Below are positions 8,697 through 17,279 of a DNA stretch of 64,000 bases, in pieces. This DNA comes from Candidatus Nomurabacteria bacterium RIFCSPHIGHO2_12_FULL_37_29 (GTDB taxonomy: Bacteria > Patescibacteriota > Minisyncoccia > Phycocordibacterales > UBA9973). Numbering within the stretch: position 1 is the stretch's first letter; each line of letters begins with the position of its first letter. Where the stretch lies: the NCBI GenBank assembly GCA_001785675.1, contig MFUJ01000016.1:149-64148 (forward strand), read 5' to 3'. Below the pieces are notes generated by a model. The model worked only from the letters and a program-made list of their open reading frames with translations. It was not told where the DNA came from and made no database searches. The position numbers and the translations under genes were made by a program.

Positions 8697-9548
8697 ATGT
8701 TAAAGATCGGGATTGTTGGTCTGCCAAATGTGGGGAAGTCCACGCTTTTTAATGCGTTGACGAAAAAGAGTGTACCAGCAGAAAATTATCCCTTTTGTAC
8801 TATTGATCCATCGGTAGGTATTGTTCCTGTGCCAGATGAAAGATTAGATAAACTATCAGCCATGTCTAAGTCCAAGAAAAAGATTCCTGCAGTGGTAGAA
8901 TTTGTAGATATTGCGGGATTGGTGAAGGGGGCAAGCGAGGGCGCAGGACTCGGTAATAAATTCCTTTCCCATATTAGAGAAGTGGATGCAATCATTGAAG
9001 TGGTGCGAATTTTTGAAGATAAAGATATGATTCATGTTCACGATAATATTGACCCGCTTTTTGATATTGAAGTTATAAATTTTGAACTTGAACAAGCTGG
9101 AATTACAAAACCGACTTTGTATGTGCTTAACACATCAGAAGCGGCAGAGAGTGTGAAAAAAGATTTTATATCAAAACTTCCAGGCCCACATATTGAAATT
9201 GATCCTATTTTTGGAACTGGTTTGGATAATCTAGTACAAGCAAGCTACGATCTTTTAAATTTAATTACTTTTTTCACTACCGGCGAAGATGAATCGAGGG
9301 CTTGGACTACGTTTCGTGGAGCGACCGCGCCTTTTGCTGGTCGCGCTATCCATAATGATTTTAAAGAAAAATTTATCCGCGCAGAAGTAATTAACTGGAA
9401 AGATTTATTAGACTGTGGCCGTTCAGGCTCTGAAGAGCCCTCAGGCTCGATGAGCTCTTATGTTGTCGCTCGCTCCAAAGGACTAGTGCGAACTGAAGGT
9501 AAAGAGTATATTGTGCAAGATGGAGATGTGATTGAATTTTTAATATGA
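8697..9548 (+). CDS. ychF: ribosome-binding ATPase YchF (Obg-like ATPase), short form
   Basis: IGIVGLPNVGKSTLFNALT...NYPFCTIDP...VEFVDIAGLVKGAS at the N-terminus and a C-terminal TGS-like YIVQDGDVIEF. 283 aa, versus about 363 aa typically. Confidence 0.75.
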   Translation: MLKIGIVGLPNVGKSTLFNALTKKSVPAENYPFCTIDPSVGIVPVPDERLDKLSAMSKSKKKIPAVVEFVDIAGLVKGASEGAGLGNKFLSHIREVDAIIEVVRIFEDKDMIHVHDNIDPLFDIEVINFELEQAGITKPTLYVLNTSEAAESVKKDFISKLPGPHIEIDPIFGTGLDNLVQASYDLLNLITFFTTGEDESRAWTTFRGATAPFAGRAIHNDFKEKFIRAEVINWKDLLDCGRSGSEEPSGSMSSYVVARSKGLVRTEGKEYIVQDGDVIEFLI

Positions 9549-9674
9549 GAAATAAAATTTTGAATACAATTTTTCTCCGGTACGAATTTTTTGAAGCTTA
9601 AAAAATCCTGAAGTTTGTTCGCCGTCGCTCACAAAACCCCTGCGAAAAGTTTATTCAAAATTTTATAAATCAAC

Positions 9675-10562
9675 ATGAAACAAATCAAAATTTTTTATTC
9701 AGAGAGTTGGACAGACTATGAACTTCTAGATACTGGAGAGGGAGAAAAATTGGAGCATTTTGGTTCATATACTTTTGTGCGTCCATTAGAAGATGCTTTT
9801 TGGTCAAAAACTTTATCCCAAAAAGAATGGGACAAAGCTAATGGTAAATTTTGGAGTTCAAAAGTAGGTGCAAAGGCAGGGTGGAAAATGCAAGGCAAAA
9901 TTGAAGAGAAATGGAAAATGTCATGTAAAAATATTAAATTTTTTGCCTCTCCCACACCATTTCGTCATTTGGGATTTTTCCCAGAACAAGCTGTGCATTG
10001 GGATTTTATAGAAAAGAAAATTAAGCAATCAAAAAAACCAGTTAAATTTCTAAATTTATTTGGTTACACTGGTGTGGCGAGTCTTTTTGCTCTGCGTGCT
10101 GGGGCGGAGGTGACACATATTGATGCTTCAAAGCAAATTTTAAATTGGGCAAAAGAAAACCAAAAATTATCAGATCTTAATAAATTACCTATGCGTATTA
10201 TTGAAGATGATGTTTTAAAATTTTTGGAGCGTGAAGTAAAAAGAGGAAATAAGTATGATGCTATCATCATGGATCCGCCAAAGTTCGGCAGGGGACCTAA
10301 AGGGGAAATTTGGAAATTGGAAGTTATGCTTCCAAAACTTCTTGCACAAGTACAAAAAGTTTTAAGTGATAAGCCACTTTTTGTAATTTTAACTTCTTAC
10401 GGAATTGATTCTTCATCATTAACACTCGGCTATGCACTTGCTGACATGATGAAAAATTTTACTGGCGATGTTGAGGCAGGTGAGCTTTGTGTGCTAGAAA
10501 AATCCAACAATCGTCTTATTTCATTAGCAAATACGGCTGTCTGGAGTGTACTTTCTAAATAA
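9675..10562 (+). CDS. class I SAM-dependent methyltransferase (RlmI/YccW-like rRNA m5C methyltransferase family)
   Basis: LNLFGYTGVASLFALRAGA-EVTHIDAS...IIMDPPKFGRGPKGEIW matches SAM motifs I and IV of the RlmI-like family. Confidence 0.6.
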   Translation: MKQIKIFYSESWTDYELLDTGEGEKLEHFGSYTFVRPLEDAFWSKTLSQKEWDKANGKFWSSKVGAKAGWKMQGKIEEKWKMSCKNIKFFASPTPFRHLGFFPEQAVHWDFIEKKIKQSKKPVKFLNLFGYTGVASLFALRAGAEVTHIDASKQILNWAKENQKLSDLNKLPMRIIEDDVLKFLEREVKRGNKYDAIIMDPPKFGRGPKGEIWKLEVMLPKLLAQVQKVLSDKPLFVILTSYGIDSSSLTLGYALADMMKNFTGDVEAGELCVLEKSNNRLISLANTAVWSVLSK

Positions 10563-10586
10563 AGTAGTTTATGGTAAAATTACCCT

Positions 10587-11612
10587 ATGGAAACACAAAC
10601 AAATGTTATAAAGTCAAAGTTTGGGATAGGATTCTTTTTCCTTTGCCTCGGAATGTTGATCGCATTAACAACTTCAGTCGTATCATTTCTAAATCTTGTT
10701 TTTGAAACGCTTAACAAGCGTTTTCCGGATGTTTTGAATTCTAGTTATCAATATGGTTATTCCACTTACGAATACGAAGGCATTCGAATGGCGCTCGCTA
10801 CCCTCATCATCTTTTTTCCAATTTTTTTATCCATATCTTATTTTTGGAATAAAATTAGAAACAGGGGATTGGAACATATAGACGAAGTGATTCAAAAGTG
10901 GCTTATATATATAATTTTATTTCTTTCATCAATTGTCACAGTGGTTGACCTGGTGACTCTAGTAAAATATTTTATTTCCGGAGAAGTTACAAGTCGGTTT
11001 ATTTTGAAAGTGGCATCTGTTTTAGTGGTGGCTCTTTTGGTGGGTGTTTATTATATATTTTTACTGCGAAGCAAAGACAATTCTCAGTCAAGAATCGGGA
11101 TGATTTTTGGATTAGTTGGGGTTGTTCTCGTCGTGGTCTCTATTTTTTACAGTTTTTCTGTTATTGGTAGTCCAGCAAAACAAAGACTGCTTCGTTTGGA
11201 CGACAGAAGGGTAAATGATCTTCAAAATATCCAATACCAAGTAATTAATTTTTGGCAGCAAAAAGAAAAATTGCCAGCAAATTTGACCGAGCTTTCCAAT
11301 CCACTTTCTGGTTATTCTCTACCTATTCCGCCAGAATTTGAGAAAGGAGAAACTTATGAATACAAAGTTCTCAGTCTGCTTAAGTTTGAATTTTGCGCGA
11401 CTTTTGCCTTGCCTATTCCTAAAGGTTGGCGCGAACATAATGGAGGTGGAGTAGTGCCGATGCTGGCTTATGAAAAAGATGTATCAATGACATATCCTTA
11501 CCCCCGTCCCGGTGGAGTGAATGAATCTTGGGACCATCAGGCCGGACGAACTTGTTTTGAAAGAACAATAGACAAAGATATTTATCCTCCATATCCTAAA
11601 CCTTTACGATAA
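10587..11612 (+). CDS. hypothetical multi-pass membrane protein
   Basis: Five or more hydrophobic helices in the N-terminal two thirds and a soluble C-terminal domain. No known motif. Confidence 0.4.
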   Translation: METQTNVIKSKFGIGFFFLCLGMLIALTTSVVSFLNLVFETLNKRFPDVLNSSYQYGYSTYEYEGIRMALATLIIFFPIFLSISYFWNKIRNRGLEHIDEVIQKWLIYIILFLSSIVTVVDLVTLVKYFISGEVTSRFILKVASVLVVALLVGVYYIFLLRSKDNSQSRIGMIFGLVGVVLVVVSIFYSFSVIGSPAKQRLLRLDDRRVNDLQNIQYQVINFWQQKEKLPANLTELSNPLSGYSLPIPPEFEKGETYEYKVLSLLKFEFCATFALPIPKGWREHNGGGVVPMLAYEKDVSMTYPYPRPGGVNESWDHQAGRTCFERTIDKDIYPPYPKPLR

Positions 11613-11675
11613 TGTCAAAGTGTCTCTTTGACAAAAAACCGCTTTGCATAAAAGCGTTTTTTTGTTTATTATGAA

Positions 11676-14084
11676 GTGATGAAAGAATACGACCATAAAA
11701 AAATCGAGAAAAAGTGGCAAACTATTTGGCAAGAAAACAAAGTATATAAAACTCTGGACAACTCCAAGAAAAAAAAGTTTTATGTCTTGGATATGTTTCC
11801 TTATGTTTCCGGGGAAGGTATTCACGTCGGGCATCCGAAAGGATACATAGCGACTGATGTGGTTTCCAGAATGAAAAGGATGCAGGGTTTCAATGTGTTG
11901 CACCCAATGGGCTTTGATGCCTTCGGTCTTCCGGCGGAGAATTACGCCATCAAGACGAAGACAAATCCTGTGATATCAGTAGCAAAAAATATTGCTAGAT
12001 TTAAAAAACAATTAGCAATTATTGGTTTTGATTATGACTGGGAGAGAGAAGTCAATACTTCTGACCCGAAGTTTTATAAATGGACTCAGTGGATATTTTT
12101 GAAGCTTTTGGAAAAGGGTTTGGCTTACGAATCTAATGAACCGGTGAACTGGTGTCCAAAAGACAGAACTGTTTTAGCCAATGAAGATGTGGAAGATGGA
12201 AAATGTGAAAGATGCGGAACTATTGTTGAGAAGAAGCCCATTCGTCAGTGGGTTTTGAAAATCACTGATTATGCTGACAGACTGCTTGCAGACTTAGATG
12301 AACTCGATTGGCCGGAATCTATAAAAGAGTCACAGAAGAATTGGATCGGCAGGAGTGAAGGTGCAGAAATTAATTTTCAAATTATATTTAAAAATGGAGG
12401 TAAACCTGGCTTGATACCAATTTTTACCACGAGGCCAGATACTATCTTTGGTGCTACATACTTAGTTCTTTCTCCTGAACATCCTTGGGTGACTCTGGCA
12501 ATAGACGATAATCACAAAGGAGTGATAGATAATGTCCTTGAGGTAGGGAAGTATGTTAAAGAAGTTAAAAACAAAAATGACATAGAGCGTACATCTCTAG
12601 ACAAAGTAAAGACAGGGGTAGAGCTCAAAGGAGTAAAAGCAATTAATCCAGCAACGAGAGAAGAAATTCCTGTCTGGATCGCAGACTATGTACTTCTGAA
12701 CTACGGTACTGGGGCAGTCATGGCAGTACCAGCCGATGATGCGCGCGACAGAGAGTTTTCAGAAAAATTTAAGTTGCCAATTTTTGAAAATTATCAAAAA
12801 GCCGGGTTTGAAGATTTTGGGAAAAAAGTTATAAAATTTAAACTTCGGGACTGGGTATTTTCTCGCCAGAGGTATTGGGGTGAACCGATTCCTATCTTGC
12901 GTGTCGTAGATCCTGAGGGGATCGAAGGAATGGGCAAGGTTATTCCAGTTAAAGAAAAAGATTTGCCTGTTAAATTGCCAAAAGTTAAATCTTACGAGCC
13001 GACAGGAACTGCAGAGTCGCCTTTGGCTAATGTGTCAAATTGGATAAATGTAAAAAAAGGCCAGAAAATCTTTAAGAGAGAGAGTAACACCATGCCTCAA
13101 TGGGCTGGTAGTTCTTGGTATTATCTTCGTTATATGGATCCAAAGAATAACAAAGCATTGGTTGATAAAAAAAAAGAAAAATATTGGAATATGGTGGATT
13201 TGTATGTTGGTGGCGCAGAACATGCGACTAGACACTTGATATACGCGAGGTTTTGGCATAAATTCCTCTATGATATAGGTGTTGTTGAAAATAAAGAACC
13301 TTTCAAAAGACTTCAACACGTGGGGCTTATTATAGCTTCTGATGGAAGAAAGATGTCAAAAAGGTTTGGAAATATTATAAATCCAGATACTGTAATTCAT
13401 ACTTTCGGTGCAGACACACTACGACTTTATGAAATGTTTATGGGGCCATTTGATCAAGCAGTTGCTTGGAGTGAGGAAGCAATAATAGGCCCAAGGAGAT
13501 TTTTAGAGAGAGTTTGGAAAATTGGAAAGAAAGTAAAAGAAAGGGAGACAAAGGATTTTCTGAGCCTTCGCCCTCGGAGTCGTAAGGGCAGGGAACCCAC
13601 GACTCTTGAAAATCCTTTGTCTCCCTTTCTTCAGAAACTCCTACACAAAACTATCAAAAAAGTTACAGAAGACATCGAAGCAATGAAATTTAATACTGCG
13701 ATTTCTTCACTCATGATTTTTATGAATGAAGTTGAGAAGTTTGATTCGCTCTCGTCAGATGTGTATAAAAAATTCTTACAGATTCTTGCGCCATTTGCGC
13801 CGCATATCACCGAAGAGTTATGGAATATGCTTGGAGAGAAAAAGTCTATCCATCTTTCATCCTGGCCAAAATATGATTCAGAGAAAATAAAAGACAAAGA
13901 AATAAAAATCATAGTACAAATAAACGGCAAAGTCAGAGCCGAGATTTTAGTAGAAGGGGATGAGACAGAAGAAAATATAAAGCAAAAATCTCTCAAGAAT
14001 GAAGCTGTCTCAAAATATACAGAAGATAAAGAAATAAAAAAAATAATTTATGTTAAAAACAGACTTATTAACATTGTACTGTAG
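11676..14084 (+). CDS. leuS: leucyl-tRNA synthetase
   Basis: HVGH (HIGH) motif in YVLDMFPYVSGEGIHVGHPKGY, KMSKRFGN (KMSKS), a CP1 editing domain, and the LeuRS-specific C-terminus. Confidence 0.9.
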   Translation: MMKEYDHKKIEKKWQTIWQENKVYKTLDNSKKKKFYVLDMFPYVSGEGIHVGHPKGYIATDVVSRMKRMQGFNVLHPMGFDAFGLPAENYAIKTKTNPVISVAKNIARFKKQLAIIGFDYDWEREVNTSDPKFYKWTQWIFLKLLEKGLAYESNEPVNWCPKDRTVLANEDVEDGKCERCGTIVEKKPIRQWVLKITDYADRLLADLDELDWPESIKESQKNWIGRSEGAEINFQIIFKNGGKPGLIPIFTTRPDTIFGATYLVLSPEHPWVTLAIDDNHKGVIDNVLEVGKYVKEVKNKNDIERTSLDKVKTGVELKGVKAINPATREEIPVWIADYVLLNYGTGAVMAVPADDARDREFSEKFKLPIFENYQKAGFEDFGKKVIKFKLRDWVFSRQRYWGEPIPILRVVDPEGIEGMGKVIPVKEKDLPVKLPKVKSYEPTGTAESPLANVSNWINVKKGQKIFKRESNTMPQWAGSSWYYLRYMDPKNNKALVDKKKEKYWNMVDLYVGGAEHATRHLIYARFWHKFLYDIGVVENKEPFKRLQHVGLIIASDGRKMSKRFGNIINPDTVIHTFGADTLRLYEMFMGPFDQAVAWSEEAIIGPRRFLERVWKIGKKVKERETKDFLSLRPRSRKGREPTTLENPLSPFLQKLLHKTIKKVTEDIEAMKFNTAISSLMIFMNEVEKFDSLSSDVYKKFLQILAPFAPHITEELWNMLGEKKSIHLSSWPKYDSEKIKDKEIKIIVQINGKVRAEILVEGDETEENIKQKSLKNEAVSKYTEDKEIKKIIYVKNRLINIVL
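13543..13625. repeat. 83-bp palindromic element inserted in-frame within leuS
   Basis: Perfect 18-bp terminal inverted repeats, gggagacaaaggattttc and gaaaatcctttgtctccc, flank a GC-rich core with its own hairpin (gccct..agggc). The element encodes the extra peptide KDFLSLRPRSRKGREPTTLENPLSP. Confidence 0.6.
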
Positions 14085-14131
14085 GCTACCTTATCCACAC
14101 TAAGGTTTTTCTATCAAATATATTATTATTA

Positions 14132-17100
14132 TTGTATAATATGTATGTTTCCGCAAATATAAAAAATATGTTCCCCAAACTTAACGAAAAGTATCTATTA
14201 CTATTGCGGTCCCTCTTTGGTTCCATTATTCTGTTTTTAGTCGTTTTTATTTTTCCCTCAAGCACTAGGGCTTTTGATTTTTCGACTGAATTAAATAATG
14301 TAAATAATTCTCTTCAAAATGTCTATAATAAATATATTTTATCACCCATAGGCAAAGGGTTGTTAGAAACGTCCTCTATTTCTAAAGAATATATTATCCA
14401 GTCGGTAAATAATATTACCAGTGAAATTGGAAAGGCTCCCAGGAAGATAGTTTCCAAAATTTCTAATGCTGAACTTTATTCTTCTATTTCTTTGGTTGCT
14501 AACCCCTTAACAGAATTAAGCGAATCCCTCTTTAATACTTATTACAATTACGTTATCAATCCACTAGGCGATGGGATTTCTGAAATCTTTTTTCTTTTTG
14601 AAAACCAAAATTCTGAACCATCAATTTCATCAAAAACTACTCCAACTTCTCCCAATACAATAGTTTCCTCTTCGCCCACCCCAAGCACTTCAAACACATC
14701 GGGCATTTCAGACCCTTCAAGTATTCCGCAATTTCCTGCTTCTCCCCACCCAAACACCATAGGTGAGCAGGTCTTGTCAGGAGTTAGTGTTTCTGCCAAA
14801 ACCCCTACCGCTAAAACAATTTACACCCAAGGCCTTCCAGGACCACAAGGCTTACAGGGTCCAGCAGGTCCAGCAGGTCCAGCAGGTCCTGCAGGAACAT
14901 CAGGCGGTTTTGCTCCACTCTCTCCTCCCTCCTTTGCTCCACCAAGCTATAATAATAATCAAATCATAGGTAACAGTGGTGGCTTTGCTTCGCTTGGAGT
15001 TCAAGATCTAATTGCGACTACATTAAATATTACCGGGGTCTCTACGCTTGCCAGCCTCGCTATTACTGGTGGTTCTACATTGACTGGCAATCTAACCGTT
15101 TCTGGTACAATTAACGGGACTTCTCTACCAACCTCCGGAACACTTTATGGCACAGCAACTGATTCAATCACATCTCTTCAGTTATTGACTTCGGTTTCCA
15201 ATGAAACAGGCACAGGTGCCTTAGTATTTGGAACTTCTCCGACTTTTACTACAAACATTACAACTCCTCTTATTGTCGGTGGCACAGCTGTTGGTTCAGG
15301 TGTCACTTATAAATCTACCACAGGCATAGGAACAGTAACAGGTATCGCTCATCAATTTGTCGGTGGAACTGACGGAGCAACTGTTGCAATGACCGTTTTG
15401 AATAATGGTTTCGTCGGCATTGGGACAAGTACACCAAATTTTGGTTTGGAAGTAACAACTTCAAAAGGCAATACGACGGCCAAATTAGGAGCTAGTGACG
15501 CGCTTTATACCATTTATAGTAATCCCGCACTTGGCTTTAACGCTTATTATGACAGCGGATGGAAATATGGTAACGCATCCCCGGCAAACTACGCTGCTTT
15601 AATTAGCCGTTCCAATACAGGTGATCTTTCTTTTTCGGTCGCTGGTACCGGCACTGCTGACTCGGCTATTACCTGGGCTAGTCCGCTGGTTATTTTAAAT
15701 TCTGGCAATATCGGTATCGGGACGACGGTGCCATTAGACCCATTAGAGGTAGTGGGTGTGAGTGGCGCATATAATGGAAATGGAAATGAAAGCATCTTTC
15801 AAATCACAACAGGGACGGGACTAATTACAGACGACAAACTTCAATTTGGAATTGTTGATGGGAGTTATTCGTGGTTACAGGCACTTGACCCGATGAACGA
15901 ATACAGAAATCTTGCCCTTCAACCAGGCGGGGGTAACATCGGTATCGGGACGACGGGACCGGGAGTTAAATTAGAAATTGAACATGCACAAGCGAGTGAA
16001 GCTGGTTTTGGTACTCCAGCAGTTTTGGTTGATGTTAGTAATAATTTTGGTAATAAAGTTATTGATTTAATAAGATTAGACCGTACAGTTTCTGGAGATG
16101 TAGGATCAGCTGGGGTAGGTGCTGGAATTTTGTTTAGGACAGAAGATTCTGCTGGAAATTTAGATGAAGTTGCAAGAATTACTGCTTTGCATTCAACCGT
16201 AACAAGCGGAAGCGAAGTTGGCGATATTAGATTTCAAACAAGGAGTAACGGAAGTGCGATTGCTGATGTTGTGACCATACAAGGCAGCAAGGTCGGTATC
16301 GGGACAACGGCGCCTTCAACATTACTTCATGTTGGTCTAGCAGGAACGACACTGGGAACTATTGGTGTAGCGGGGAATACCTCCGGACTGGTTACCATTC
16401 AACCAGCAGCTGCAGCAGGAACTTGGACTCTCACTTTACCCACCGCGGTGGGCGCCGCAGGTCAGCAACTGACTGATGCGGCAGGAAATGGTATAACTTC
16501 CTGGACGGCAGCAGGTTCAAAGAGAGAGTACAAAAACATACTTGGGACAGTTGAACCAGAAGAAGCTTTGTCGACGATTCTTGACACTCCCGTGTATAGG
16601 TTCAAATACAAAGCAGGATTTGGTACTGGAGACTATAGTACCGAGTACGTAGGGGTAATGGCAGATGAAGCTCCTTGGGCAGTACACTTTAACGGGACAA
16701 TTATAAATCCTGTTAATACGCTCGGATATGCCGTGCTTGGCATTCAGGCATTGGATGAAAAAGTGAATTTGCTGGATTTTAAAATAAAAGACTTACAGAT
16801 AAATGCTCTTGGTGTAAACACTCCTTTGATAAGCAGAGGGCAAGCAGGAAGTCTAACCGACACCCTAGGCGCTTATGCCAGTGCATTTTTTAGTGATGTA
16901 TTGCAAAAAGTTGAAAATGGTGTGGCGCAGGTGAAAGATTTGGTTGCAGAGACATTAAAAGTCGGTAGTTCCGAAAAACGTACTGGCATAACTTTGTATG
17001 ATGAAGTTACTGGAGACCCATATTGTCTCTCAATTACAAATGGGACAACAAAAACTGCTCCGGGCGAATGCGTTACCATAGAACCTCCAGCACCAATACT

Positions 17101-17203
17101 AGTGCCTGCACCTAATCCAGAACCTACACCTCAGCCAGAGGCTGGTCAGCCTCCGGCTGAAACTCCAACTCCTGTGTCTGAACCAGAACCTGTTGTTGAA
17201 TAA
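14132..17203 (+). CDS. tail-fibre-domain surface protein with collagen-like triplets and a C-terminal peptidase S74 intramolecular chaperone domain
   Basis: N-terminal signal-anchor, then GLPGPQGLQGPAGPAGPAGPAG. Repeated (N/K)(I/V)GIGTT.P motifs run through the body. The C-terminus KREYKNILGTVEPEEALSTILDTPVYRFKYK...YVGVMADEAPWAV...LGYAVLGIQALDEKVNLL matches the S74 chaperone domain. Ends in a Pro-rich tail. Confidence 0.7.
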   Translation: MYNMYVSANIKNMFPKLNEKYLLLLRSLFGSIILFLVVFIFPSSTRAFDFSTELNNVNNSLQNVYNKYILSPIGKGLLETSSISKEYIIQSVNNITSEIGKAPRKIVSKISNAELYSSISLVANPLTELSESLFNTYYNYVINPLGDGISEIFFLFENQNSEPSISSKTTPTSPNTIVSSSPTPSTSNTSGISDPSSIPQFPASPHPNTIGEQVLSGVSVSAKTPTAKTIYTQGLPGPQGLQGPAGPAGPAGPAGTSGGFAPLSPPSFAPPSYNNNQIIGNSGGFASLGVQDLIATTLNITGVSTLASLAITGGSTLTGNLTVSGTINGTSLPTSGTLYGTATDSITSLQLLTSVSNETGTGALVFGTSPTFTTNITTPLIVGGTAVGSGVTYKSTTGIGTVTGIAHQFVGGTDGATVAMTVLNNGFVGIGTSTPNFGLEVTTSKGNTTAKLGASDALYTIYSNPALGFNAYYDSGWKYGNASPANYAALISRSNTGDLSFSVAGTGTADSAITWASPLVILNSGNIGIGTTVPLDPLEVVGVSGAYNGNGNESIFQITTGTGLITDDKLQFGIVDGSYSWLQALDPMNEYRNLALQPGGGNIGIGTTGPGVKLEIEHAQASEAGFGTPAVLVDVSNNFGNKVIDLIRLDRTVSGDVGSAGVGAGILFRTEDSAGNLDEVARITALHSTVTSGSEVGDIRFQTRSNGSAIADVVTIQGSKVGIGTTAPSTLLHVGLAGTTLGTIGVAGNTSGLVTIQPAAAAGTWTLTLPTAVGAAGQQLTDAAGNGITSWTAAGSKREYKNILGTVEPEEALSTILDTPVYRFKYKAGFGTGDYSTEYVGVMADEAPWAVHFNGTIINPVNTLGYAVLGIQALDEKVNLLDFKIKDLQINALGVNTPLISRGQAGSLTDTLGAYASAFFSDVLQKVENGVAQVKDLVAETLKVGSSEKRTGITLYDEVTGDPYCLSITNGTTKTAPGECVTIEPPAPILVPAPNPEPTPQPEAGQPPAETPTPVSEPEPVVE

Positions 17204-17279
17204 AAAATATAAAAAATGTGTTGTGGGTTAACATCGTTTTGTAATTTGCACTTTTAAAATAGAATATAGTATAATAAAA

